DNA of 64,000 bases from Vicugna vicugna (lineage: Eukaryota). The stretch is taken from positions 1,860,402 to 1,924,401 of the forward strand of contig MU062958.1 in NCBI GenBank assembly GCA_013265495.1, given 5' to 3'. A program made the translations under genes and the position numbers. Shown in pieces: positions 25,221-34,574 of the stretch. The notes beneath the pieces are model-generated. The model saw nothing but the letters and a program-made list of their open reading frames with translations. It searched no databases and was not told where the DNA came from. Position 1 is the first letter of the stretch; each line of letters opens with the position of its first letter.

Positions 25221-25911
25221 GTGAGTGTTCCCGGGGCCTCGGGCTCTCCTCCAGCTGGGGCGGCGCTGGTTGGCTCCCGGCGCTGAGAGCTGAGGGAAGG
25301 AGGCCAGGGACGTGAGGATTGACAAGTCTCAGGCCGCTCAGGATTCATTCAGAGGGAGGCCCCTGCAGGTTGGGGTGCATTTATCAACCCAACAGACCAG
25401 AGGCCTCGGCCCTGCAGGAAACGAGATACTTTGCACAGAGCCTTGCGGTCTCATTAAGCAGTGTGGGTGCGTGTCATCGCAGATACAGAGAGATACTGCA
25501 TCTCATAAGCCCATTAGAAACAGTGTGTCTGGCTGTTTAGCAGGTGAGATTAATCTCTTCTGAGTAGAATAACCAGGGAAGGTGATCAAGTTGAACTTCA
25601 GATTCCATGGAAAACAGGTGTATCTGTGACAGGCTGAGACTGACTGTTCTGGGAAGGCAGAGAGGATGGAACAGACACGCCCAGAGCCTCAGGCTAGGGT
25701 GGGGAGGGACCGGGAAACGGGAGTGTCCGATTCCCGTTCCCAGGATGGTTTACATGGCACGTACACAAACCAGAGAGCCTCGCTGCTCCACCTTCTGGGC
25801 TTCCCCTCCAGAAACAGATGTTCCAAACCAACAAGACGTGCTCCTCTCTAAAGGCTCATGTCTGTGTGAAGCCATTCGTGGTATGAATTGCCCACCTGCT
25901 TTCTCTTCCAG

Positions 25912-25982
25912 GGCACTGTCATCCGGGTGTTCTCAGTACCCGACGGGCAAAAGCTCTATGAGTTTCGGAGAGGAATGAAAAG
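25912..25982 (+). CDS. WIPI1: WIPI1 exon 7 ([24 protein letters not shown]) with the phosphoinositide-binding FRRG motif at 25963-25974
   Basis: Acceptor ttctcttccag|, weak donor AG|GTCTGT; 71 nt; TTT CGG AGA GGA = FRRG. Confidence 0.97.
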
Positions 25983-26502
25983 GTCTGTGTTCACTGTGAG
26001 ACCCGCTTTAAAGTCCCCACAGAGGTCCCGCCATGGGTGGCTGGCAGCCATCTGGGGAGAGGATGGGGGTGCCGTGCACTCGGCTTCTCCCTGGGAGGAT
26101 GAATACCTGTTCTTTCTCAGGTCACTGCCTTAAACGCCCCGCCAAGTGCTTGGTATCCCTGAGAGCGGAGAGGGGTTACCCTTGCTAACCTGGGCCTTCA
26201 GCCTGGAGAGCCCTCTTTTTGACATGTGCATGGGTGGCCGGCAAAGGAGAAGCGAGATGAGCGAGGAGTCACAGCCCGAAAGTAACTTCCAATTCCCTTC
26301 CGTGGAATGAAAACGTGCCGTGGTCGGGGATGCTGTGGGCTGCCAGGCTTGCGGCTGGGTCAGTGCACAGAGCACATGGAGAACCTCCAGCATGACAGGA
26401 AGGAGGCTTGTTTCTTCTCACCTGAAGCCATGACCCACTGGGAATCTTTCCGACATTAATTTCAAAATAGGAATGACACAGTGCTGAAGGGACCTTAGAC
26501 CA

Positions 26503-27152
26503 CAGGCAGACCTCGGGGCCGCTGTGGGCTTGGTTCCGGAGCACCGCAATAAAGCGAGTCACACGCGTTTTTTGGTTCCCCAATGCCTATAAAAGTTATG
26601 CTTATACTGTACTGTAGTCTTATTAAGTCTGCAATAGCATTATGTCTAAGGAAAACTATGTACATACCTTAATTTTAAAATGCTCCATGGGGGGATGGTA
26701 TAGCCCAGTGGTAGAGCACATGCTTAGCATGCACAAGGTCATGAGTTCAGTCCCCTGTACCTCCATTAAAATAAATAAATAAGTAAAACCTAATTACCCA
26801 CCCACCCCCAGAAAATAAATACAAATGCTCTATTGCTAAAAAAATGCTAACCATCATCTGAGCCTCCAGCGAGGTATAATGTTTTTGCAACAGTAACATC
26901 AAAGATCACTGATCACAGATCACCGTGACAAATATAACAGTAATGAAAAAGCCTGGAATATGGTGAGAATTACCAAAACATGTACAGAGACACGAAGTGA
27001 GCAAATACTCTTGGAAAAATGACACCGATGGATTTGCTCAAGGCAGGGTTGCCACAAACCTTCAACATTTAAAAACAAACAAACAAAAAAACCAAAAACG
27101 CAGTACCTGCAAAGTTTAATGAAGTGCAGCGGAATAGAAGGAGGTCTGCCTG
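26503..27152 (+). mobile_element. Internally deleted Tigger1 (Tigger1a-type MITE), copy A
   Basis: Perfect 12-bp TIRs caggcagacctc / gaggtctgcctg; both arms match recalled Tigger1 termini. Confidence 0.88.
26689..26822 (+). mobile_element. tRNA-derived camelid-type (Vic-like) SINE nested in Tigger1a
   Basis: ggggggatggtatagcccagtggtagagcacatgcttagcatgcacaagg...gttcagtcccc; 11-bp TSD aaatgctc(c/t)at at 26678-26688 and 26823-26833. Confidence 0.88.
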
Positions 27153-27264
27153 TGCCCAGGCTCTTCAAGACACATCAGTGTTCTTCCTGAAGCTGATTTT
27201 TGAACTCTAAGGCCGCCCCCCTCACCCCCCGGGCTCACCCGTCCACTCGTTGCTGTGTTTCTAG

Positions 27265-27372
27265 GTACGTAACGATCAGCTCTCTGGTCTTCAGTATGGA
27301 CTCCCAGTTCCTCTGTGCCTCAAGCAACACGGAGACCGTGCACATCTTCAAGCTGGAGCATCTCAACAGCAG
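27265..27372 (+). CDS. WIPI1: WIPI1 exon 8 ([35 protein letters not shown])
   Basis: Acceptor gtgtttctag|, donor AG|GTAGGC; 108 nt, symmetric phase 2-2. Confidence 0.97.
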
Positions 27373-27639
27373 GTAGGCGAGGCTCCTCAGCCTAGAGGTG
27401 GCAGGTCCTGGTCATCCTGCTGGCGTCCGCAATTGCTTCCCTTTTGCAATGCTGTGAACTCGTTACGTCTTCACCAAAGGGGTGAGTGTGGCTTAGCAGA
27501 GACTCAGGGGTGCAACGCCTGGCAGCACAAAACCTGGGGCCCCCCATCCTGAGTTTGTGCCCTGGCTCAGTCCCTTATGAGCCACAAGGCTCAGGCAGGT
27601 AATTTTGGGCGGGGGGGGAGGTGTAGGGAAGACATAGCA

Positions 27640-28275
27640 TTTCTTTTTTTTATTATTGAAGTATAGTTGATTTACAATGTTTCAGGTGTACAGCAAAGTG
27701 ATTCAGTTATATGTATATACACATATACATATTCTTTTTCAGATTCTTTTCCATTATAGGTTATTATAAGACACTGAATATAGTTCCCTGTGCTGTACAG
27801 TAGGTCCTTGTTGTTTATTTTATATGTGGTAATATGTATCTGTTAATCCCTAATTTATTCTAATTTATGTATTTATTTATCCTAATTTATCCCACCTGCC
27901 CCTTTCCCCTTTGGTAACCATAAGTTTATTTTCTATGTCTGTGAGTCTGTTTCTGTTTTGTTAATAAGATCGTTTGTATTGTTCTTTTAGTTCCACATGT
28001 AAGTGCTATCATATGATATTTGTCTTTCTCTTCACNNNNNNNNNNNNNNNNNNNNNNNNNNNNNNNNNNNNNNNNNNNNNNNNNNNNNNNNNNNNNNNNN
28101 NNNNNNNNNNNNNNNNNNNNNNNNNNNNNNNNNNNNNNNNNNNNNNNNNNNNNNNNNNNNNNNNNNNTTTAAGTTGCTCCCATGTCTTGGCTATTGTAAG
28201 TAGTTCTGCTATGAACATGGAGAAGGTACATGTATATTTTCGAGTTAAGTTTTCATCTCTTCAGGATATGTGCTT
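27640..28275 (-). mobile_element. 5'-truncated artiodactyl-type L1, antisense, inserted in a MIR
   Basis: Poly-T then ttgaagtatagttgatttacaatgtt...; TSD aggcaggtaattt at 27593-27605 and 28276-28288; N gap 28036-28167. Confidence 0.88.
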
Positions 28276-28449
28276 AGGCAGGTAATTTAATCTTTCTGTA
28301 CTTCCATTTCTTCATCTGCAAAGCATAAAAAAATCATAATCATAATCATAATGATATACGCATCTTAGGCTTGCTCTGAGTTCCTTGACCGGGAGCATGC
28401 AGTGTAGGACAGAGGTGTTAGCCAGTCTAGCCGTAAATACAGTAGTGTA

Positions 28450-28933
28450 CAGGCAGGCCTCNNNNNNNNNNNNNNNNNNNNNNNNNNNNNNNNNNNNNNN
28501 NNNNNNNNNNNNNNNNNNNNNNNNNNNNNNNNNNNNNNNNNNNNNNNNNNNNNNNNNNNNNNNNNNNNNNNNNNNNNNNNNNNNNNNNNNNNNNNNNNNN
28601 NNNNNNNNNNNNNNNNNNNNNNNNNNNNNNNNNNNNNNNNNNNNNNNNNNNNNNNNNNNNNNNNNNNNNNNNNNNNNNNNNNNNNNNNNNNNNNNNNNNN
28701 NNNNNCGCCTCGCTGAAGGCTCAGATGATGGTTAGCAGTTTTTAGCAATAGGGCACTTTTTAAATGAAAGTACGTACATTGTTTTCTTAGACATAACGCT
28801 ATTGCACACTGAATAGACTACAGCATACTGTAAACATCACTTTCCTATGCACTGGGAAAACAAAATGCGCGTGTAACTTGCTTTATTGCGCTGATCTGGA
28901 ACTGAACCCCACAGTATTTCCAAGGTCTGCCTG
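28450..28933 (-). mobile_element. Tigger1a-type MITE, copy B, inverted relative to copy A (contains N gap 28462-28705)
   Basis: Starts ta|caggcaggcctc and ends aaggtctgcctg; reverse complement of 28706-28933 aligns with the left arm of copy A. Confidence 0.85.
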
Positions 28934-28974
28934 GGTTAATCATTGCCATTCCCCAAGCCCTGAGTGCTCGGCAG

Positions 28975-30530
28975 ACACAGTCACAATGTGTCACTTTCTC
29001 GTGTACAGCACAATGTCCCAGTCATGCATATACATACATATATTCATTTTAATATTCTTTTTCATTAAAGGTTATTACAAGATATTGAATATAGTTCCTT
29101 GTGCTATACAGAAGAAATTTGTTTTATCTGTTTTTATTTATAGTGGTTAACATTTGCGGATCTCAAACTCCCAAATTTATCCCTTCCCCCCCTTACCCTG
29201 GGAACCATAAGATTGTTTACTCTGTCTGCGAGTCTGTTTCTATTTTGTGAGTTCGTTAGTGTCCTCTTTTATTTTTTGTTTTTTTAACAGTCCACATATG
29301 AGTGATGTCATATAGTATTTTTCTTTCTCTTCCTGGCTTACTTCACTTAAAATGGTGATCTCCAGGTCCATCCATGTTGCTGTAAATGNNNNNNNNNNNN
29401 NNNNNNNNNNNNNNNNNNNNNNNNNNNNNNNNNNNNNNNNNNNNNNNNNNNNNNNNNNNNNNNNNNNNNNNNNNNNNNNNNNNNNNNNNNNNNNNNNNNN
29501 NNNNNNNNNNNNNNNNNNNNNNNNNNNNNNNTGCATATATCTTTTTGAATTAGAGTTCCCTCTGGATTTGTGCCCAGGAGTGGGATTGCTGGATGATATG
29601 TTTTTAGTTTTTTGAGGAATTGCCGTACTGTTTTCCATAGTGGCTGCACCAAACTACATTCCCACCAGCGGTGTAGGAAGGTCCCCTTTTCCCCACACCC
29701 TCTCCATCATTATCGTTTGTGGACGTTTTAATGAGGGCCATTCCGACTGGTGTGGTGATACTTCATTGTCGTTTTGATTTGCATTTCTCTGATAATTAGC
29801 AATACTGAGCATTTTTTCATGTGCCTATTGGCCATTTATATGTATTCATTAGAGAATTGCTTGTTTAGGTCTTCTGCCTATGTTTGGATTGGGTTGTTTG
29901 TTTTTTTTGTTATTAAGTTGTATGAGCTGTTTATATATTCTGGAGATTAAACCTCTTGTCAGTTGCATCATTTGCAAATGTCTTCTCCCTTTCCGTAGGT
30001 TGTTGTTTTGTTTTGCTTATGGTTTCCTTTGCTGTGCTGTGACCTTTACAAATTAGGCCCCATTTGTTTATTTTTGCTTTTATTTCTTTTGCCTGGGTGG
30101 ACTTCCCTGGGAGAACATTGCTAAGATTAATGTCAGAGAATGTTTTGCCTATGTTTTCTTCTAGGAGGTTTATAGTAGCTTGTCTTATGTTTAAGTCTTT
30201 AAGCTATTTTATGGTGTCTTTAAACTAGTGTATGGTGTGCGGGAGTGTTCTAACTTCATTGATTTACATGCAGCTGTCCGGTTTCCCCACCACCACCTGC
30301 TGAAGAGACTGTCTTTTCTCCACTGTACGTTCTTGCCTCCTTTTGTTGAAGATTAATTGACCGTAGGTCTGTGGGTTTATTTCTGGGCTCTCTATTCTTT
30401 TCCATTGATCCATATGTCTGTTTTTGTACCAATACCATGCTATTTTGATGACTGTAACTCTGTAGTATTGTCTGAAGTCTAGGAGGGTTATTCCTCCAGC
30501 TTCGTTCTTTTTCTTCAGTATTGCTTTGGC
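28975..30530 (-). mobile_element. Camelid-type L1 fragment, antisense, with degraded ORF2 C-terminus
   Basis: Minus ORFs translate to L1 ORF2-like peptides ([42 protein letters not shown]; [17 protein letters not shown]); frameshifted; N gap 29389-29531. Confidence 0.92.
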
Positions 30531-30559
30531 AGTGGTCTCCACCTGAGTCTATTATTGGT

Positions 30560-31330
30560 GCTTAAAATAGGAGATCACCACATGGATTCATCTCCCCTCC
30601 AGGCTCTCCTGTTTCTGTTGGTCTCAGACCACCAGGAATAAGCCTTGGAGTCGCTCTGGACTCTCCCTCAGCCGGTCGGTGAAGTGTTAACACATCCCAC
30701 ATGAGACGGCTCATATTTGCCACCTTGGTGCCATTTCTCCAGCCACTGCTCTGAACCAAGCATTTCACAGCTCTTGGCTGGTCCACTTCATTACTCTCCT
30801 CTTTGGTCTCACTCCTTCTAGCCTCCTCTTACAATCCATCCTATGTCTCTTGCTGGACTCATCTGCTGAACACACCCCTTTAAGCATGACCCTCCCTCCT
30901 CTGACACCTTTATTCCCCCTTTGCCCTCGGGAATAAAGTCCCGGCTCCTCCTGCCTGGCATTCGAGGCTTTTCTTGGCGCACCTGGTCTGCCGCTGCAGA
31001 CTTCCCGCCTCTCCCACCTCCACCGGACCAGCACTGCTCATCTGCATCCACGTCTGACATGCGCTCCGCCTGCGCCCGCCCCACGGCTCTGAGTCAGGTG
31101 CTGTGGTCCTAGAGCTCTGCCTGTGCCCTGCCTGCGCCCGCCCCACGGCTCTGAGTCAGGTGCTGTGGTCCTGGAGCTCTGCCTGTGCTCCGCCTGCGGA
31201 CCCTGCATGAGGTGTCCTGCTTGCTCTTTCTGTGTATCTGTGCTGTGCCTCCACCGTGAATGCAGGACCTGGATGTGGTACCTCTTTGTAAGTCCCAGCC
31301 CTCAGCTCAGAGCTATGGCACACAGCACAG
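30560..31330. mobile_element. L2 relic; others at about 1-330, 4620-4830 and 62520-62860
   Basis: Pyrimidine-rich degenerate L2 3' motifs (aataaagtcccggctcct..ctggcattcgaggc..; ctttgtaagtcccagc..ggcacacagc). Confidence 0.55.
31060..31198 (+). repeat. 62-bp tandem duplication (about 2.2 copies)
   Basis: ccacggctctgagtcaggtgctgtggtcct at 31081 and 31143; only a few mismatches between units. Confidence 0.92.
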
Positions 31331-32268
31331 GTGTGTCTGGGATGTTCAGGATCCGAGGGTGATGGTAGAAGCCTGGGAAGCGCCCGTCATTTTCAGATGA
31401 GGAAATTGAGGCCCAGAGAGTTTTGTCCAAAGACCATCCAGCCGGTTGGTGCCCATGAGGAATCAACCCCAGAGCTTCTGAGCTGCAGTGTGCCCCCCCA
31501 GCCTCCGTCACCAGGATCTAGTCCCACAGAGGAGCGACCTCTGAGCGGGTGTGCCGCTCAGCAGCACATGTGGCCCCCCTGGTCCTCAAAGTGCTGACCA
31601 CTGCAGAGAGCTCAGAGGCAGGCGTGCGCCCCGTCCAGCCTCACGTCTCACAGTGGAGCAGTTGTCCCCTTTGCCTGGTGGAGCCCCTGGGCTGGCGCGT
31701 GATGACTGCAGGGGGCGCACTGGGTCCCTGTGAATTATCCCCCTCCCCCCCACCCCGTCGTGGATCCTGGGGAACCTGGGTGGCTCGAGGGCTGTAATCA
31801 AACACCATCCAAAGCGTTTGCCTGGAGGCAGTCCAGGACTGCATCTTGCTTCCCACGCAGTCTGGCTGGGGAGGCCTTAACACTGGGACCGGCCTGTTCT
31901 TCCGTGAGCCCAGGACAGGCCTGGGCTTCTTCTACAGAGTCCAGGGGCAGATTCCACCTTGTTCTCTCCCCGAGCCCCCTTTAAGAAATCTAGAAATCAG
32001 ACTAATCATCGGACACAACCTTTTTTTAACGTGGGAAAGCGGTAGCACTGTGAACCTCTTAACGGCTTTGCAGTGGCTTGCTGCCCTGCGGTCCGGCCGG
32101 GCCGGCACGTCCCGAATTGTCCTAGGTGGGCAGAACATTATGCGAAGGCCGAAGGCACAGTTCCTTCCCGCCGCGGCGGGCCCAGCAGGTTCAGGCGCGC
32201 AGAGTGTTGGACGGATGCCGGGAACCGCGGCCCCGTCTCACCCTGGCGTGTGACCTCACTCCCCCCAG

Positions 32269-32433
32269 TCGACCAGAAGAGCCTTCGACCTGGAGCGGCT
32301 ACGTGGGAAAGGTGCTCGTGGCTGCCTCCAACTACCTCCCCGCCCAGGTGTCCGACATGATGAACCAGGACAGGGCCTTTGCCACCGGGCGTCTGAGCTT
32401 CTCCGGGCAGAGGAACATCTGCACCCTCTCCAC
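32269..32433 (+). CDS. WIPI1: WIPI1 exon 9 (RPEEPSTWSGYVGKVLVAASNYLPAQVSDMMNQDRAFATGRLSFSGQRNICTLS)
   Basis: Acceptor cactccccccag|, donor AC|GTACGT; 165 nt. Confidence 0.97.
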
Positions 32434-33158
32434 GTACGTACAGTGCCACCCACTGCTGACAAGCAGGAACCATTGTGCGTCTCTTTTCCCAAAGCACGAA
32501 ATTCCCCAAACACGCACAGATTTAAAGGCAAACCCTCCAGTCACCCGTCCGCTGCTTTTACGTCTCGGGGTGGCGGGGGGTGGGGGGTGCTGGCATAGGA
32601 ATTTTCACCCTCTGGTCACAGTGACACTGTCTTGAAAACAGTTCCCATTCTTAGGGAATTATGTAAAAAGGCTCTCGTCCGGACGCCTAGGTTCAGATAC
32701 CTATGGGGTCGACATATTTTACCGAAGCAGTTTAAAAGCGCTTATTAAAGTTGAATATTGTAAAAATTTCATAAACCTGGCCAGCAAGCACGGGAGCCAG
32801 TTTCACTCCCGTTTTCCTTTCCGTGGCTATGAGAGGCAGAAACCACGTCCCGCTCAGGTGAGCGGATGTGTTTGTCGGCAGGGGTATTTCACGGAGCAGC
32901 AGTGTGTACGCACCTCATTTCGTCTCATCCACACAATTGTTTTTAAAAACAAGAAATAATCCTCAAGGTCAATCACTAGGACACAACGCAAAGACATGAG
33001 CAGAAACCCAGGCTCTGGGGTCGGCGGGCTGCAGGTCTGTTGACGGCGGGACGAGAAGTTGGTGACCTCCCCGCCGGAGGAGTGAGGCTTTGTCACTCGA
33101 AGCCGGTCCGTTGCCCACGTTCGTTGTGATCACAGCACACGTTTCTCTTGGCTCTTAG

Positions 33159-33266
33159 GATCCAGAAATTGCCGAGGCTCTTGGTCGCATCGTCCGACGG
33201 ACACCTTTACATCTACAACCTGGACCCTCAGGACGGAGGAGAGTGTGTCTTAATCAAGACCCACAG
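33159..33266 (+). CDS. WIPI1: WIPI1 exon 10 ([35 protein letters not shown])
   Basis: Acceptor ttggctcttag|, donor AG|GTGAAG; 108 nt. Confidence 0.97.
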
Positions 33267-33897
33267 GTGAAGAGACTAGTTTTCAAAAAGCCAGCCTTTC
33301 AGAGAGCTGACCGCGTCGCGTTGCCCCTTAGCTGAGGACACCCACGAGCCCAGCGCCCTTGCTTTTCCCTCTCGGCCGCGGGCAGTGCCCTGGGCCGCGC
33401 TCAGGGCCGGCCCCCTGCCCACCACCGCGCTGCGCAGGAGCCGGGCCGAATGACGTGCAGAACGCAAGGCCCCTCCTCGGACAGTTCCTCCGACACAGCG
33501 GGCGCCCAGAAACGTTTCCCTGACTGAACCCAAAAGTCCTCTTGACCTGTGACCAAAGGCAGGGCGACCTCCTGCTGCGGACAGGACCCCGCCAGCTGCC
33601 ACTGCCCCCGCGCCCCAGGGGGCTCCCCTCCAGCACCCACCTTGGTGCCCTCGCCTGGGTGGGCCGGGAGGAGGGGAGGACCGAGCTTCGTCTGTTAGAC
33701 GTAAGTGAAGCAAAGCTGTGTGACCGGCCCTGGCCGTTTGAGGCCACTTTGCTTAACGCCCACCCGGCAGGGCGCTGACAGGTCCCTGCCTTGAACTCCA
33801 GTGGCCAAGCGCGTGTTTCCTGCTGCTTTTCCTTTTGGAAGTGTCCCAGGCGTGTGGTGATCTCTTTCCCTCCTCCATTCCCCTCTTCTGCAATTAG

Positions 33898-34016
33898 CTT
33901 GCTTGGCTCAGGAACCAGCGAAGAGAACAAAGAAAATGACCTCAGGCCTTCATTACCTCAGTCTTATGCTGCAACCGTAGCCCGACCGAGCGCAGCTGCG
34001 GCCTCCACGGTGCCGG
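33898..34016 (+). CDS. WIPI1: WIPI1 exon 11 (LLGSGTSEENKENDLRPSLPQSYAATVARPSAAAASTVP)
   Basis: Long pyrimidine tract then caattag|, donor G|GTGAGC; 119 nt. Confidence 0.96.
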
Positions 34017-34473
34017 GTGAGCGGGGCCCAGGGGCCGGCCGTGCACGGGGCGGCGGGGGGCGGGGGGACTGAGACGTGTGGAGCAGCGACCCCCCCCAAC
34101 ACTGCTGCCTGTGGATTTCCTCCCAGGTGAAGCCTTTGAACTCGGGTGCCTAAACCTGGCAGGCGTAGCCCCAAAACGGTTGTGTCCCTGACAAGCAGTG
34201 TTAAACCTTTGCCTCTTGGAGGATTTTGCAACTAGGTGGAAAGTTTGAGGTGCCTGGGGTGGAAGGGTGGGCGAGACCGGCCGTCCGGCTGCTTGGGGAC
34301 CGTAAACGGTGGGGATTTTGGCTCGTTGGAAGCATGGTCTCTCCAGCTGGAAAGCGAAGGCAGCCTCCACGGCTCCCCTGGATTCTTGCTTTGCTGAGGT
34401 CCGGCCCCGGATCAGGGTCTGTCCCCAGAGACAGACCCTGTGGCTCCTCTCACGTCTCATTCTTGTTTTCTAG

Positions 34474-34574
34474 GTTACTCCGAGGACGGCGGGGCGCTCC
34501 GAGGAGAGGTTATTCCTGAACACGAGTTTGCGACGGGACCAGTGTGTCTTGATGATGAGAATGAGTTCCCCCCT
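34474..34574 (+). CDS. WIPI1: WIPI1 exon 12 (GYSEDGGALRGEVIPEHEFATGPVCLDDENEFPP)
   Basis: Acceptor tcttgttttctag|, donor CCT|GTGAGC; 101 nt. Confidence 0.96.

Larger units (their letters stand above)
12699..29531. other. Five assembly gaps: 12699-12884, 22522-22786, 28036-28167, 28462-28705, 29389-29531
   Basis: N runs of 186, 265, 132, 244 and 143 nt, each inside an L1 or Tigger copy; none touches an exon. Confidence 0.98.

Noticed and set aside
26689-26770. tRNA-like sequences here and at about 1120-1199 and 59860-59934
   Set aside because: They have A/B boxes but continue into a shared SINE body and A-rich tail, one with a TSD, so they are tRNA-derived SINEs and not tRNA genes.
26501-27154. 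Symmetric TIR change (CAGGCAG instead of CAGGCAT) suggesting conversion between the ends of one element
   Set aside because: The second Tigger copy (28450-28933) has the same variant at both ends, so it is a subfamily trait.
29240-30542. Reverse-transcriptase-associated ORF fragments as a functional gene
   Set aside because: Frameshifted, 5'-truncated L1 ORF2 remnant; not autonomous.
34116-34200. Alternative acceptor ttcctcccag| in intron 11
   Set aside because: Leads to an in-frame stop after about 21 codons, has a short pyrimidine tract and no supporting evidence.
33328-34460. 200-aa and 172-aa minus-strand ORFs
   Set aside because: Antisense shadows of WIPI1 exon 11 and GC-rich introns; no homology recognised.
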